A stretch of 37,739 bases of DNA from Pseudomonadales bacterium. Its GTDB lineage: Bacteria > Pseudomonadota > Gammaproteobacteria > Pseudomonadales > UBA5518. Positions 14,468 through 22,429 of the stretch are shown here, piece after piece. Made by a program: the position numbers and the translations under genes. Position 1 is the first letter of the stretch. Each line of letters begins with the position of its first letter. Where the stretch lies: positions 1 through 37,739 of the forward strand of contig JAGPES010000002.1 of the NCBI GenBank assembly GCA_018057015.1. The letters run 5' to 3'. The notes under the pieces were generated by a model, which made no database searches, was not told where the DNA came from, and saw only the letters and a list, made by a program, of their open reading frames with translations.

Positions 14468-16805
14468 TCCGCTCCAGAACGTGCTCAGACGCTTGGCCGG
14501 CGTCCGCAAGTGCGGCGACGGCCACGAAGCGCGCTGCCCCGCCCACGACGATCAGCACGCCAGCCTGAGCGTCGCCCTGGGCAACGACGGGCGCGTGCTG
14601 CTGCACTGCCACGCCGGGTGCGCGCCCGTCGCGGTGTGCAAGGCGATGGGCCTGCGCTTGGGTGACCTGTTCCCGCCCAGCAACAACGGCGACGGGCACG
14701 CGCGCATCGAAGCCACGTACGACTACTGCAATGCCGCCGGCGAATTGGTCTTCCAGGTCGTGCGCCACGAGGGGAAGCAGTTCAAGCAGCGCCGCCCGGA
14801 CGGCAACGGCGGCTGGTCGTGGAAGCTCGGCCGCACGCCGCGCGTGCTGTACCGCTTGCCCGAGTTGCTCGCGGCCAGCCCCGACGAGCGGGTGTTTGTC
14901 GCGGAAGGCGAAAAGGACATCGACCGGCTCGCGTCAGTCGGGCTGATCGCTACGTGCAACCCGGGCGGTGCCGGCAAGTGGAAAAGGCTGTCGGACGACT
15001 CGGCGTTGCACGGCCGCCGCGTCGTGATCATCGCCGACAAGGACACCGCCGGACGCGAGCACGCCGCCGACGTCGCGATGCGGCTACAGAACCGCGCCGC
15101 GGAAGTCCGCGTGCTCGAGCTGCCCGGTCCCGGCAAGGACGCCAGCGACTGGTTCGACGCCGGCGGGACGGTCGATGAACTGCTCCGCCTGGTGGAAGCG
15201 GCGCGGGATGCACCGCCGCTGGCAGCGCGCGCCCCCGGCCCTCGCGGCCAGGCGCGCCCAAACGTGTTCATCGACACCGAGGAGCACCGCGTCGTCCGCG
15301 AGACGATCGCGGCGCTGAGCGCCGACCAGGACCTCTACCAGCGCGGCGGCATTCTCGTGCGCGTGATCCGCGATCGCCAGCCCAGCGACGGCATCCTGCG
15401 TTGCGACGGCTCGGCCACGATCCAGGCGATGCCGGCGGCGAACCTGCGCGAACGCATGACGCGCGTCGCCACGTTCACCAAGCTGAACCGCAAGGGCGAG
15501 GAGGTCGCGGCGCACCCCGCGCCGTGGCTGGTCAGCGCCGTCGAGGCCCGCGCCGAGTGGGACGGCATCCGTCACCTGATGGGCGTCTCCGACACGCCGA
15601 TCCTGCGGCCCGATGGGTCGATCTGGCAGTCGGGCGGTTACGACGAACGCACTGGCGTCCTGTTCGAGCCGTCGTCCGCGGCGACGTTCCCGCCGATCCA
15701 CCCCGAAGTCAACATCGACGACGCTGACGTGGCACTGACCACGCTGTTCGAGGTCGTCTGCGACTTCCCGTTCGAGTCCGAGGATCACAAGGCGGCCTGG
15801 CTGGCGGCGCTACTCACACCGCTGGCACGCTTCGCGTTCACCGGACCGTCACCTTTGTTCCTGATCGACGCCAACGTCCGCGGCGCGGGTAAGGGCCTGC
15901 TGGCCCAAACGATCGGCCGCATCGTGCTCGGCCGCGAGATGCCCGTCAGCAGCTACGCGCACGACAGCGAGGAGATGCGCAAGAAGATCACCGCCATCGC
16001 CATCGCCGGCGACCGGATGATCCTCTTCGACAATCTCGAAGGCAGTTTCGGCAACGACGCGCTCGACCGGGCACTGACCAGCACGCGCTGGAAGGACCGC
16101 ATCCTCGGCAAGAGTGAGGAGGTCGAGCTGCCGCTGATCCCGGCCTGGTACGCGACCGGCAACAACGTCCAAGTCGCGGCCGATACGCTGCGGCGGATAA
16201 TCCACGTCCGCCTGGACGTGCTCGACGAGCATCCCGAGGACCGGTCGGGGTTCAAGCACGACAACCTACTCGCTTGGATCGAGCGAAATCGCGGGCGGCT
16301 GCTGTCGGCTGCGCTGACGATCCTCTCGGCCTACCTGCGCTCCGGTCGGCCGGCGCAAGACCTCAGACCCTTCGGCAGTTTCGAAGGCTGGTCGAACGTC
16401 GTCCGAGAGGCGGTCATATGGGTGGGCCTGCCCGACCCGTGTCTGACGCGCACACGTCTTGCTGAATCAGCGGACACAACCGGCGACGCCCTCGGCCAAC
16501 TCATCGTCGCATGGCGGCAGTACGACTGGTCGGGTCAAGGCGTGGTTGTATCCGACATGCTCCGGCAGTTGTACCCGTCCGGCGGCCCACCGCCGAACGA
16601 CGATGCATCCATCGCGATGCGGGCGGCTCTGGAGAACGTCGTCGGGTGCCCGGCTGGGAAAGCCCCGGCCACACGCCAGGTTAGCAACAGGTTGCGGCAT
16701 TTCCGGCGTCGGGTCGTCGGGGGCGTGTACCTGGACTTCCACCCCAATGAGTACCACCGCGGCGGGATGGTCTGGAGGCTTCGAAATGTCGAGCCGGGCA
16801 TCTGA
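14454..16805 (+). CDS. Bifunctional phage primase/helicase (zinc-binding N-terminus, Toprim domain, C-terminal P-loop NTPase)
   Basis: CPAHDDQHASLSV...LLHCHAGC zinc motif. Toprim motifs VFVAEGEKDIDRL and VVIIADKDTAGREHA...GKDASDW. Walker A NVRGAGKGLL. Start is either GTG 14454 (overlapping the VRR-NUC end) or ATG 14400. Confidence 0.85.
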   Translation: MIRDDPLQNVLRRLAGVRKCGDGHEARCPAHDDQHASLSVALGNDGRVLLHCHAGCAPVAVCKAMGLRLGDLFPPSNNGDGHARIEATYDYCNAAGELVFQVVRHEGKQFKQRRPDGNGGWSWKLGRTPRVLYRLPELLAASPDERVFVAEGEKDIDRLASVGLIATCNPGGAGKWKRLSDDSALHGRRVVIIADKDTAGREHAADVAMRLQNRAAEVRVLELPGPGKDASDWFDAGGTVDELLRLVEAARDAPPLAARAPGPRGQARPNVFIDTEEHRVVRETIAALSADQDLYQRGGILVRVIRDRQPSDGILRCDGSATIQAMPAANLRERMTRVATFTKLNRKGEEVAAHPAPWLVSAVEARAEWDGIRHLMGVSDTPILRPDGSIWQSGGYDERTGVLFEPSSAATFPPIHPEVNIDDADVALTTLFEVVCDFPFESEDHKAAWLAALLTPLARFAFTGPSPLFLIDANVRGAGKGLLAQTIGRIVLGREMPVSSYAHDSEEMRKKITAIAIAGDRMILFDNLEGSFGNDALDRALTSTRWKDRILGKSEEVELPLIPAWYATGNNVQVAADTLRRIIHVRLDVLDEHPEDRSGFKHDNLLAWIERNRGRLLSAALTILSAYLRSGRPAQDLRPFGSFEGWSNVVREAVIWVGLPDPCLTRTRLAESADTTGDALGQLIVAWRQYDWSGQGVVVSDMLRQLYPSGGPPPNDDASIAMRAALENVVGCPAGKAPATRQVSNRLRHFRRRVVGGVYLDFHPNEYHRGGMVWRLRNVEPGI

Positions 16806-16807
16806 CT

Positions 16808-16930
16808 TGCGAAACTGCGAATCTGCGAATCATCTTCGCCCCCCTTCGCGCGCGAACTTCAAGGGTCTGCGGAATACAAGAATCACTCTGTATACGGGCG
16901 GAAACAGATTCGCAGAGTCGCAGGTTCGCA
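16808..16930. repeat. Inverted pair of 3 x 8-bp tandem iterons (TGCGAAnC) flanking a perfect palindrome; ori-like element
   Basis: Left arm TGCGAAAC TGCGAATC TGCGAATC at 16808-16831. Right arm GATTCGCA GAGTCGCA GGTTCGCA at 16907-16930. The right arm is the reverse complement of the left at 22/24 positions. The perfect 12-bp palindrome TTCGCGCGCGAA lies between them at 16845-16856. The element starts 3 bp after the primase stop. Confidence 0.6.
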
Positions 16931-17092
16931 ACGGCCTCGCTGCCGGAAGGTCCGAGGAGCGCGTCAGGTCCGCGTGCGCCGCAGGCCGCCTCGGGCCCGC
17001 CCGGCATGGTTCCTTCCGGGCCATGCGTTTTCCTGAGGTCCGCGGGAACACCTCGCAACCGCGACAGAGTTTCTTTCGCCTGTCCGACTTGG

Positions 17093-17180
17093 ACCACCCG
17101 GGCGGCCCCGTTCGCGTTTGGGGCCAACGTCGGCGACCCGGAAGGGCCAGGCGTACCGGCGTACCACCCGGGCGGCCCGT
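17093..17180 (+). repeat. Direct repeat ACCACCCGGGCGGCCC(C)GT x2
   Basis: Copies at 17093-17111 and 17163-17180 are identical apart from one extra C. They lie about 70 bp apart in the non-coding gap after the primase. Confidence 0.45.
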
Positions 17181-17237
17181 GCGCCGCGGGCGCCCATTGG
17201 GGGACGACGGCCAGTGGATGGCCGAACTGCGGATCGA

Positions 17238-17573
17238 TCAGCCTGTGCCCGGTTGGTTCGGAGGTGAAGGATGGAGCGACGAGAAGATGGGGCCAAGTTC
17301 ATGATCAACTTTGAGACAGAGGCTGGCGTCTTTCGAGCCGCATTCCGGACAGAAATGGAAGTGTTTCCCAACGTCCTCGCCGTCTCGCCATGTGCGCACT
17401 TGATACTCCAGCGTGCACATCTGGCACTTGAACCAAAGCACGCGATGTCCATCAACATGGCTCTTCGTAGCGAGCTGACGAGCGGTAGTGTCATCCCAGG
17501 GGCACAACGGCGGGAGCGGCGGCACCTTGAGTTCTTCCACTTTCATCCGTTTGCGTTCGTATCGCTTCGCCAT
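17238..17573 (-). CDS. Small basic zinc-ribbon protein (hypothetical), antisense to its neighbours
   Basis: KCQMC...(x23)...CPECG zinc ribbon. Lys/Arg-rich N-terminus MAKRYERKRMK. AAGGG lies about 7 nt before the ATG at 17573. The region has lower GC than the flanks, and GC3 is only moderate, so the coding call is tentative. Confidence 0.5.
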   Translation of the reverse strand: MAKRYERKRMKVEELKVPPLPPLCPWDDTTARQLATKSHVDGHRVLWFKCQMCTLEYQVRTWRDGEDVGKHFHFCPECGSKDASLCLKVDHELGPIFSSLHPSPPNQPGTG

Positions 17574-17700
17574 GATCCAGCCCTTCGTTTATTCGCGTGG
17601 GACAGATGCGACTCATTATCCGCACAAGCCATGGGCTCGGTCCAGCGAGATTCTGTACCCGCTGTGACTGTGAGATCAACGACATGGAGGTCATGGGAAA

Positions 17701-19119
17701 ATGAACCTTGAGTTGCGGCCGCTGGCCGAGATCAAACCGTATCACAGGAACCCGCGCGACAACGATGCGGCGGTGGACGCGGTAGCCGAGTCGATCCGGC
17801 GGTTTGGATTTCGCCAGCCGATCGTGGTCGACGCGGACGGCGTCATCGTCTGCGGGCACACGCGCTGGAAGGCAGCGCAGAAGCTCGGGCTCGAGCAGGT
17901 GCCGGTGCATGTCGCCCGCGACCTGACGCCCGAGCAAATTCGCGCGTACAGGATTGCCGACAACAAGACCGCCGAGCTGGCCGAGTGGAACCTGGAGCTG
18001 CTGCCGATCGAACTGGCGGAACTCCAGGGCGCCGGCATCGATTGGTCGCTGCTTGGGTTCGACGCCGACGAGCTGGCGAAACTGCTCGACCCGGGCGTGA
18101 AGGAAGGTCTGACCGACCCGGATGACATTCCCGAGCCGCCGGACGAGGCCATCACGAAACCCGGCGATCTGATCGTCCTCGGCGATCACCGGCTGCTCTG
18201 CGGCGACAGCGGCTCGGCGGCTGATGTGGACCGACTGATCGATGGTCAGCCAATCCACCTGGTCAACACCGATCCGCCGTACAACGTGAAAGTCGAGCCG
18301 CGCAGCAACAACGCGATCGCCGCGGGACTGTCGTCATTCGCTGGGACGCACAAAGGCGTGAAGGCGCTGGACGCGCAGGGCCTGCACCACAGCGGCTTCG
18401 ACGTGGCCCGCGGCAAGACTGGCATCAAGCACCATCAGAAGCTCGACCTGGAGCGGCACCCGGAGAAGGCGAAGGCCACGCATCGGAAGATGCGCGCCAA
18501 GGACCGTCCGCTGGCGAACGACTTCGTGTCGGACGAGGAGTTCGACCGGCTGCTGCGCGCCTGGTTCGGCAACATCGCCCGCGTGCTGCTGCCCGGACGA
18601 GCGCTGTACTGCTGGGGCGGCTACGCGAACTGCGCGAACTACCCGCCCGTGCTGAAGGTTTGCGGGCTGTACTTTTCGCAGGCGATCATCTGGGTCAAGG
18701 AGCATCCGGTCCTCACGCGCAAAGACTTCATGGGCAACCATGAATGGTGTTTCTACTGCTGGCGCGAAGGCGCGGCGCACGTCTACCTCGGGCCAAATAA
18801 CGCGACCGATGTGTGGTCCGTCAAGAAGGTCAATCCACAGAGCATGGTGCATTTGACGGAAAAGCCCGTCGAGCTGGCGGTGCGCGCCATGCAGTACTCG
18901 TCGCGCGCGGGTGAGAACGTGTTAGACCTGTTCGGCGGCAGCGGCTCGACGCTGATCGCGGCGGAGCAGACCGGCCGGCGCGCGTTTCTGATGGAACTCG
19001 ACCCGCTCTACTGCGATGTCATCGTCCAGCGGTGGGAGAAGTTCACAGGGCTGAAGGCGGAGCGGATCACGGACCGTGAGAACGCCCCGGTTGTGGCCGA
19101 GGCGTCCGTGGAGGGCTGA
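17701..19119 (+). CDS. ParB-like N-terminal domain fused to a beta-class DNA methyltransferase (probably N6-adenine)
   Basis: ParB/Srx-type N-terminus (IKPYHRNPRDNDAAVDAVAESIRRFGFRQPIVVD...VCGHTRWKAA). Motif IV NTDPPYN lies upstream of motif I LDLFGGSGSTLIAAEQTGRRAFLMELDPLY. GGAGG lies before the ATG at 17701. Confidence 0.9.
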   Translation: MNLELRPLAEIKPYHRNPRDNDAAVDAVAESIRRFGFRQPIVVDADGVIVCGHTRWKAAQKLGLEQVPVHVARDLTPEQIRAYRIADNKTAELAEWNLELLPIELAELQGAGIDWSLLGFDADELAKLLDPGVKEGLTDPDDIPEPPDEAITKPGDLIVLGDHRLLCGDSGSAADVDRLIDGQPIHLVNTDPPYNVKVEPRSNNAIAAGLSSFAGTHKGVKALDAQGLHHSGFDVARGKTGIKHHQKLDLERHPEKAKATHRKMRAKDRPLANDFVSDEEFDRLLRAWFGNIARVLLPGRALYCWGGYANCANYPPVLKVCGLYFSQAIIWVKEHPVLTRKDFMGNHEWCFYCWREGAAHVYLGPNNATDVWSVKKVNPQSMVHLTEKPVELAVRAMQYSSRAGENVLDLFGGSGSTLIAAEQTGRRAFLMELDPLYCDVIVQRWEKFTGLKAERITDRENAPVVAEASVEG

Positions 19120-19137
19120 GATGCGTCGTAGGCAGCG

Positions 19138-19377
19138 CTATGACAGGTCGGGCTGCGACTCCTCGGCGGGCAGGTCGGGTACGACCAGGATCGTGACGGG
19201 GTACTCGATGGGCTGGTCCCATTCGTTCACCCCGATCAGCGCGCGGGCCTTGATCACCGGCCCGATGGCCTGCGTGTCGACCACGCGCGGCTCGCGGAAG
19301 GTCAGGTCGCCCATCATGGTCTGCGACAGCATCGTGTGCAGGCCGTCCAGGATGTGGGAGTGTACTTCAGTCGTCAT
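19138..19377 (-). CDS. Hypothetical protein (79 aa), last gene of the antisense operon
   Basis: GGAG lies 7 nt before the ATG at 19377, which overlaps the upstream stop by 11 nt. High GC3. The stop is only 18 bp from the convergent methylase stop. Confidence 0.6.
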   Translation of the reverse strand: MTTEVHSHILDGLHTMLSQTMMGDLTFREPRVVDTQAIGPVIKARALIGVNEWDQPIEYPVTILVVPDLPAEESQPDLS

Positions 19378-19765
19378 CGCGGTTCTCCTTTGCGGAAACG
19401 TGGTTGGCTCCGGCTTCCTCGGCCAGAGCGAAAAACTCTGTCATCGCGTCCAGGTGGACGCTGCACGTGGCGGCGTAGTTCCGCCGGTAGCGGACGTCGA
19501 GGATGCTGCGCTCGCGCAGAAATGCGAGCGCGACCGCGACGTTCGTGAACGTGACGTCGCGGCCGGCGTTGCGCTCGTAGGTGACGAGCGCCTCCAGCGT
19601 GAAGCCGGTTTCGCCGAGCTCGTCGGCCGCATGGGCGATCTGCTCGAACGCGGCCCGCGGGCAGCGGTGCTCGTACGGCTGCCCGCGGACCGGCACGACC
19701 TTGCGGACCAGGTGGTGGCCCAGGACCTCGAAGGTCTCCTCGCGCTGGGAGATGGTCGCGGCCAC
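19367..19765 (-). CDS. Hypothetical protein (132 aa)
   Basis: GTG start at 19765 lies 8 nt after GGAGG. Natural amino-acid composition. No motif recognised. Confidence 0.6.
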   Translation of the reverse strand: MAATISQREETFEVLGHHLVRKVVPVRGQPYEHRCPRAAFEQIAHAADELGETGFTLEALVTYERNAGRDVTFTNVAVALAFLRERSILDVRYRRNYAATCSVHLDAMTEFFALAEEAGANHVSAKENRDDD

Positions 19766-19768
19766 GAG

Positions 19769-20377
19769 CTACACCTCCACCGCGACGGCGGCGCTGGCGA
19801 ACTGCCCGCGCTCGACTTTGCGGAACCGGGCCGCGTCGCCCTTCGTGGCCATCTCGCGGATGATCGCGGCGTACAGCGTGGCCTCGGGCGTCTTGCCGCC
19901 GGGGCTCGACCACAACCCACGCTCGGCCATCGCGTCGATCATCTCCTTGGCCCGCATCGGCTGGCCAGCATCGGCCAGGACCTGGGCCGCGGCGTCCAGC
20001 GCGCTGACCCGCTTGGGCTTCGGTTCGGCGGCGGGCTTGCGCGTGCGGGTCTTCTTCTCGGGCACCGGCTGGCCGGTGATGACCTCGACGTTCGGGTTGA
20101 CCTCGGGCTCCGCGGCCTCCGCGCGAGCGGCGGTGATGCCCTGATCGGCGGGCGTGACCTCCGCGCTGGCCTTCTTCGAGCGCCGGTTCGCCGGCGCCTC
20201 GTCGCCCACCGCCCGCCGCAGGCGCTGGGCGCTCTTGATGCGGATGCGCTTGCCCGTGGCGGTGTTCGTCGCGTTCCACCCTCCATGCGTGTTGGTGCTG
20301 TCGATCCGCACCGTCACGATGCGGTCGCTCACTTTGGCGCTGTACGCGTGTCCGATCTTGATCTCGTCCTTCTTCAT
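19769..20377 (-). CDS. HARE-HTH domain protein with an N-terminal small beta domain and a Lys/Pro/Ala-rich linker
   Basis: The C-terminus VSALDAAAQVLADAGQPMRAKEMIDAMAERGLWSSPGGKTPEATLYAAIIREM...RFRKVERGQFA matches the HARE-HTH (RpoE-delta/ASXL/restriction-enzyme N-terminal) pattern from memory. AAGGAG lies 6 nt before the ATG at 20377. Confidence 0.65.
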   Translation of the reverse strand: MKKDEIKIGHAYSAKVSDRIVTVRIDSTNTHGGWNATNTATGKRIRIKSAQRLRRAVGDEAPANRRSKKASAEVTPADQGITAARAEAAEPEVNPNVEVITGQPVPEKKTRTRKPAAEPKPKRVSALDAAAQVLADAGQPMRAKEMIDAMAERGLWSSPGGKTPEATLYAAIIREMATKGDAARFRKVERGQFASAAVAVEV

Positions 20378-20458
20378 GGCCGTCTCCTTATGTGTTTGGC
20401 CTCGTCAGGCCCGGGTCTCCAGCGCCCGGGCGACCCGCCGGAGCGGGTTTCGGCGGCT

Positions 20459-20788
20459 TCAGGCGAGCAGGTCGTCATACGCCTCGAGCTTGGTCAGCGC
20501 GGCCTGGACGTCGTCCCACAGGCTGGTGCGCAGCCAGACCAGCGCCATGTGGGCGTCCTTCGTGTTCTCCGCGCTCTCGATCCGGCCGATGGCCTCGCTG
20601 AGCTTGTCGCGGAGCCAGGTCATGTCCTCGTGGGCCTTCAGCGCGATGTACGCGGCCTTGACCGCGAGGTCCGCCTTGCGGCCGTCGTCGGTCGCTTCGC
20701 CGACGTTGCCGGCCTGGTGCGCGGCGATGCGGTTGGCGAGTGCTCGCTCGACGATCGGCAGCGTCTTTTCGTTCTTTTTCGCTGGCAT
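20459..20788 (-). CDS. Hypothetical helical protein (109 aa)
   Basis: GGAGGAG lies 6 nt before the ATG at 20788. High GC3. Confidence 0.6.
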   Translation of the reverse strand: MPAKKNEKTLPIVERALANRIAAHQAGNVGEATDDGRKADLAVKAAYIALKAHEDMTWLRDKLSEAIGRIESAENTKDAHMALVWLRTSLWDDVQAALTKLEAYDDLLA

Positions 20789-20803
20789 GGTGCTCTCCTC
20801 CGG

Positions 20804-21028
20804 TTAGTTGACGGGAACCGTGATGATGCGGTGCGTACCGTCCGGCATCTCGTGGTCGCACACGTACGCGAACTCGACGCCCGCGGCGGCCAGGCGGTCG
20901 ATCTCAGCCTGCTCGGCGACGTAGTTCTTGCCGCCAAGCAGAATCGCCTCGCCCTTGCCGCTGGCGTGCGTCCACTGGATGGCCTCGTGGGCCGTCGGGA
21001 ACTCGATTGCCTTGAACTCGATGCTCAT
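20804..21028 (-). CDS. Hypothetical protein (74 aa)
   Basis: AGAGG lies 7 nt before the ATG at 21028. The gaps to both neighbours are 15 bp. Confidence 0.6.
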   Translation of the reverse strand: MSIEFKAIEFPTAHEAIQWTHASGKGEAILLGGKNYVAEQAEIDRLAAAGVEFAYVCDHEMPDGTHRIITVPVN

Positions 21029-21043
21029 TGGTGTGCCTCTGCG

Positions 21044-21385
21044 CTACTTGGCGTAAATGGTCTCGGCCAGGCCGGCCGCCAGGACGTCGACGATCGCGGC
21101 GGCCAGCGGCGTGGTCGGACGGATGTCCCAGCCGCGGTCGAAATTCGCGGCCGTCGTTTGCGTGTCGAGCTGCTTGAGCCAGAGCTTCGAGATGCGGCTG
21201 TCGCCCAACTCGAAATCCGGCGACTCGGCGTGCTCGGGGAAGACCAGGGCGTCGAAGCGGTGCCCGGCGATCGTGCCGACCACCCAGGACCCGCCGCAGC
21301 TCGTGCGGCGCTGAACCTTCGTGATCCGCAGCGTTTCCAGGATCTCGCTGGCGTCCGGCGTCTGGTTCGTGTCGTTCGTCGTCAT
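21044..21385 (-). CDS. Hypothetical protein (113 aa)
   Basis: AAGGAG lies 8 nt before the ATG at 21385. High GC3. Confidence 0.6.
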   Translation of the reverse strand: MTTNDTNQTPDASEILETLRITKVQRRTSCGGSWVVGTIAGHRFDALVFPEHAESPDFELGDSRISKLWLKQLDTQTTAANFDRGWDIRPTTPLAAAIVDVLAAGLAETIYAK

Positions 21386-21412
21386 CGGCGTTGCTCCTTT
21401 GCGTTGCGACAG

Positions 21413-21778
21413 TCACATCAGTTCGCTGCTTTTCGCCGGGAATCCACTCGGGTGGCCGGAATTCTGCGATTTCTCAGCAGAATCTGCGGCAGGTCCGAGT
21501 GCGCTCTCGGGCGCGGCGGGAACCCGCCTTTCGCCCGCGCTGAGCATGGCGACCAGCGCGTCCAGCCCGGCACCGCGGTCGTGGGCGCCGTCCTGGTAGC
21601 CCTGCGTGTAGGCCTGCAGGAGCGCGCGGCGGACCTGCGGCCCGTAGACCTCGTGGAAATCGAGCCGGTCCAGGCCGCGGCGCTCGAGCGTTTCGATCCC
21701 CAGGCGGCCGTGGGCGATGCCGGCCAGCAGCGCCTCGATCCGGGCGGGCGTGGTCGTCTTTGTCTTGCGCTTCGACAT
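21413..21778 (-). CDS. Hypothetical protein (121 aa) with a GIETLERRGLDRLDFHEV motif
   Basis: GGAGG lies 7 nt before the ATG at 21778. The TLExRxxDxLDFHEV-type motif resembles a small domain I recall from plasmid/ICE/phage accessory genes; this is unverified. Confidence 0.6.
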   Translation of the reverse strand: MSKRKTKTTTPARIEALLAGIAHGRLGIETLERRGLDRLDFHEVYGPQVRRALLQAYTQGYQDGAHDRGAGLDALVAMLSAGERRVPAAPESALGPAADSAEKSQNSGHPSGFPAKSSELM

Positions 21779-21808
21779 GGTCCTACCTCCGTTGGGTGTG
21801 CGGGGCGC

Positions 21809-22042
21809 TCACCAGCCCTCGATCTCCCGGATCACCCGGCCCGTGAGCAGCGGAATGGACCGGCCGTCGGGCGTGATGGCGTACAGGCTGGCCCCCGTAC
21901 GAGCCGCCGCGCGCCAGGCGGCGTTGAACGCGGTGCTGTGGCTGCGGAAGGTCCGCGTGTCGCCCGTGATGCGGTAGCCCCCCTCGATCTTTCGGATGCT
22001 GATCCGTGTGGTCCGCTTCGTCATGTTGCGTTTCGTGGTCAT
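21809..22042 (-). CDS. Hypothetical basic protein (77 aa)
   Basis: GAGGAG lies 8 nt before the ATG at 22042. The track start at 22060 lacks an SD. Confidence 0.55.
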   Translation of the reverse strand: MTTKRNMTKRTTRISIRKIEGGYRITGDTRTFRSHSTAFNAAWRAAARTGASLYAITPDGRSIPLLTGRVIREIEGW

Positions 22043-22072
22043 CGGAATTGCTCCTCGCATTGGTTTGGGGGG

Positions 22073-22273
22073 TTACGCCGGCGTGGGGACGAACAGTTCG
22101 CCGACCTCCCAGATCTCACGCCCGTAGGCGGTGTCGACCAGGTACGACCAGGCGTCGACGCCGTTGCGGCGGAAGGTGCAGACTCGGACGATCTGGCCGG
22201 GCTCGCCGTCTTCGCGGCTGACCACCAGGGTCCCGGGCGTCAGGCGGCGGTTGGTTTTCGTGGTCGCGTTCAT
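22073..22273 (-). CDS. Hypothetical protein (66 aa), first gene of the antisense operon
   Basis: GGAG lies 8 nt before the ATG at 22273 (MNATTKTNRR...). The longer track ORF, which runs to 22342, lacks an SD. Confidence 0.55.
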   Translation of the reverse strand: MNATTKTNRRLTPGTLVVSREDGEPGQIVRVCTFRRNGVDAWSYLVDTAYGREIWEVGELFVPTPA

Positions 22274-22417
22274 CGTCGTTTCTCCATCGCGTACGCCCCA
22301 TGCGTACAGACACATGAGTCGCTCGTTTTCCGGGGAAAGCAAGGCGATCGGGCGAGGAATTCGAGATATTCTTGCATGTCTTGGCGCCAGGTCCGAGTCG
22401 GCGGCCCGCCGGGCGCT

Positions 22418-22429
22418 GAGAGCGCTCTC
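22418..22429. promoter_or_regulatory. Perfect 12-bp palindrome GAGAGCGCTCTC in the divergent gap (operator or cos-related candidate)
   Basis: Read directly from the sequence. It lies in the roughly 250-bp gap between the antisense operon start (22273) and the small terminase start (22528). An 8-bp-stem hairpin GGCCGCCC/GGGCGGCC (22481-22508) follows it. Confidence 0.4.
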
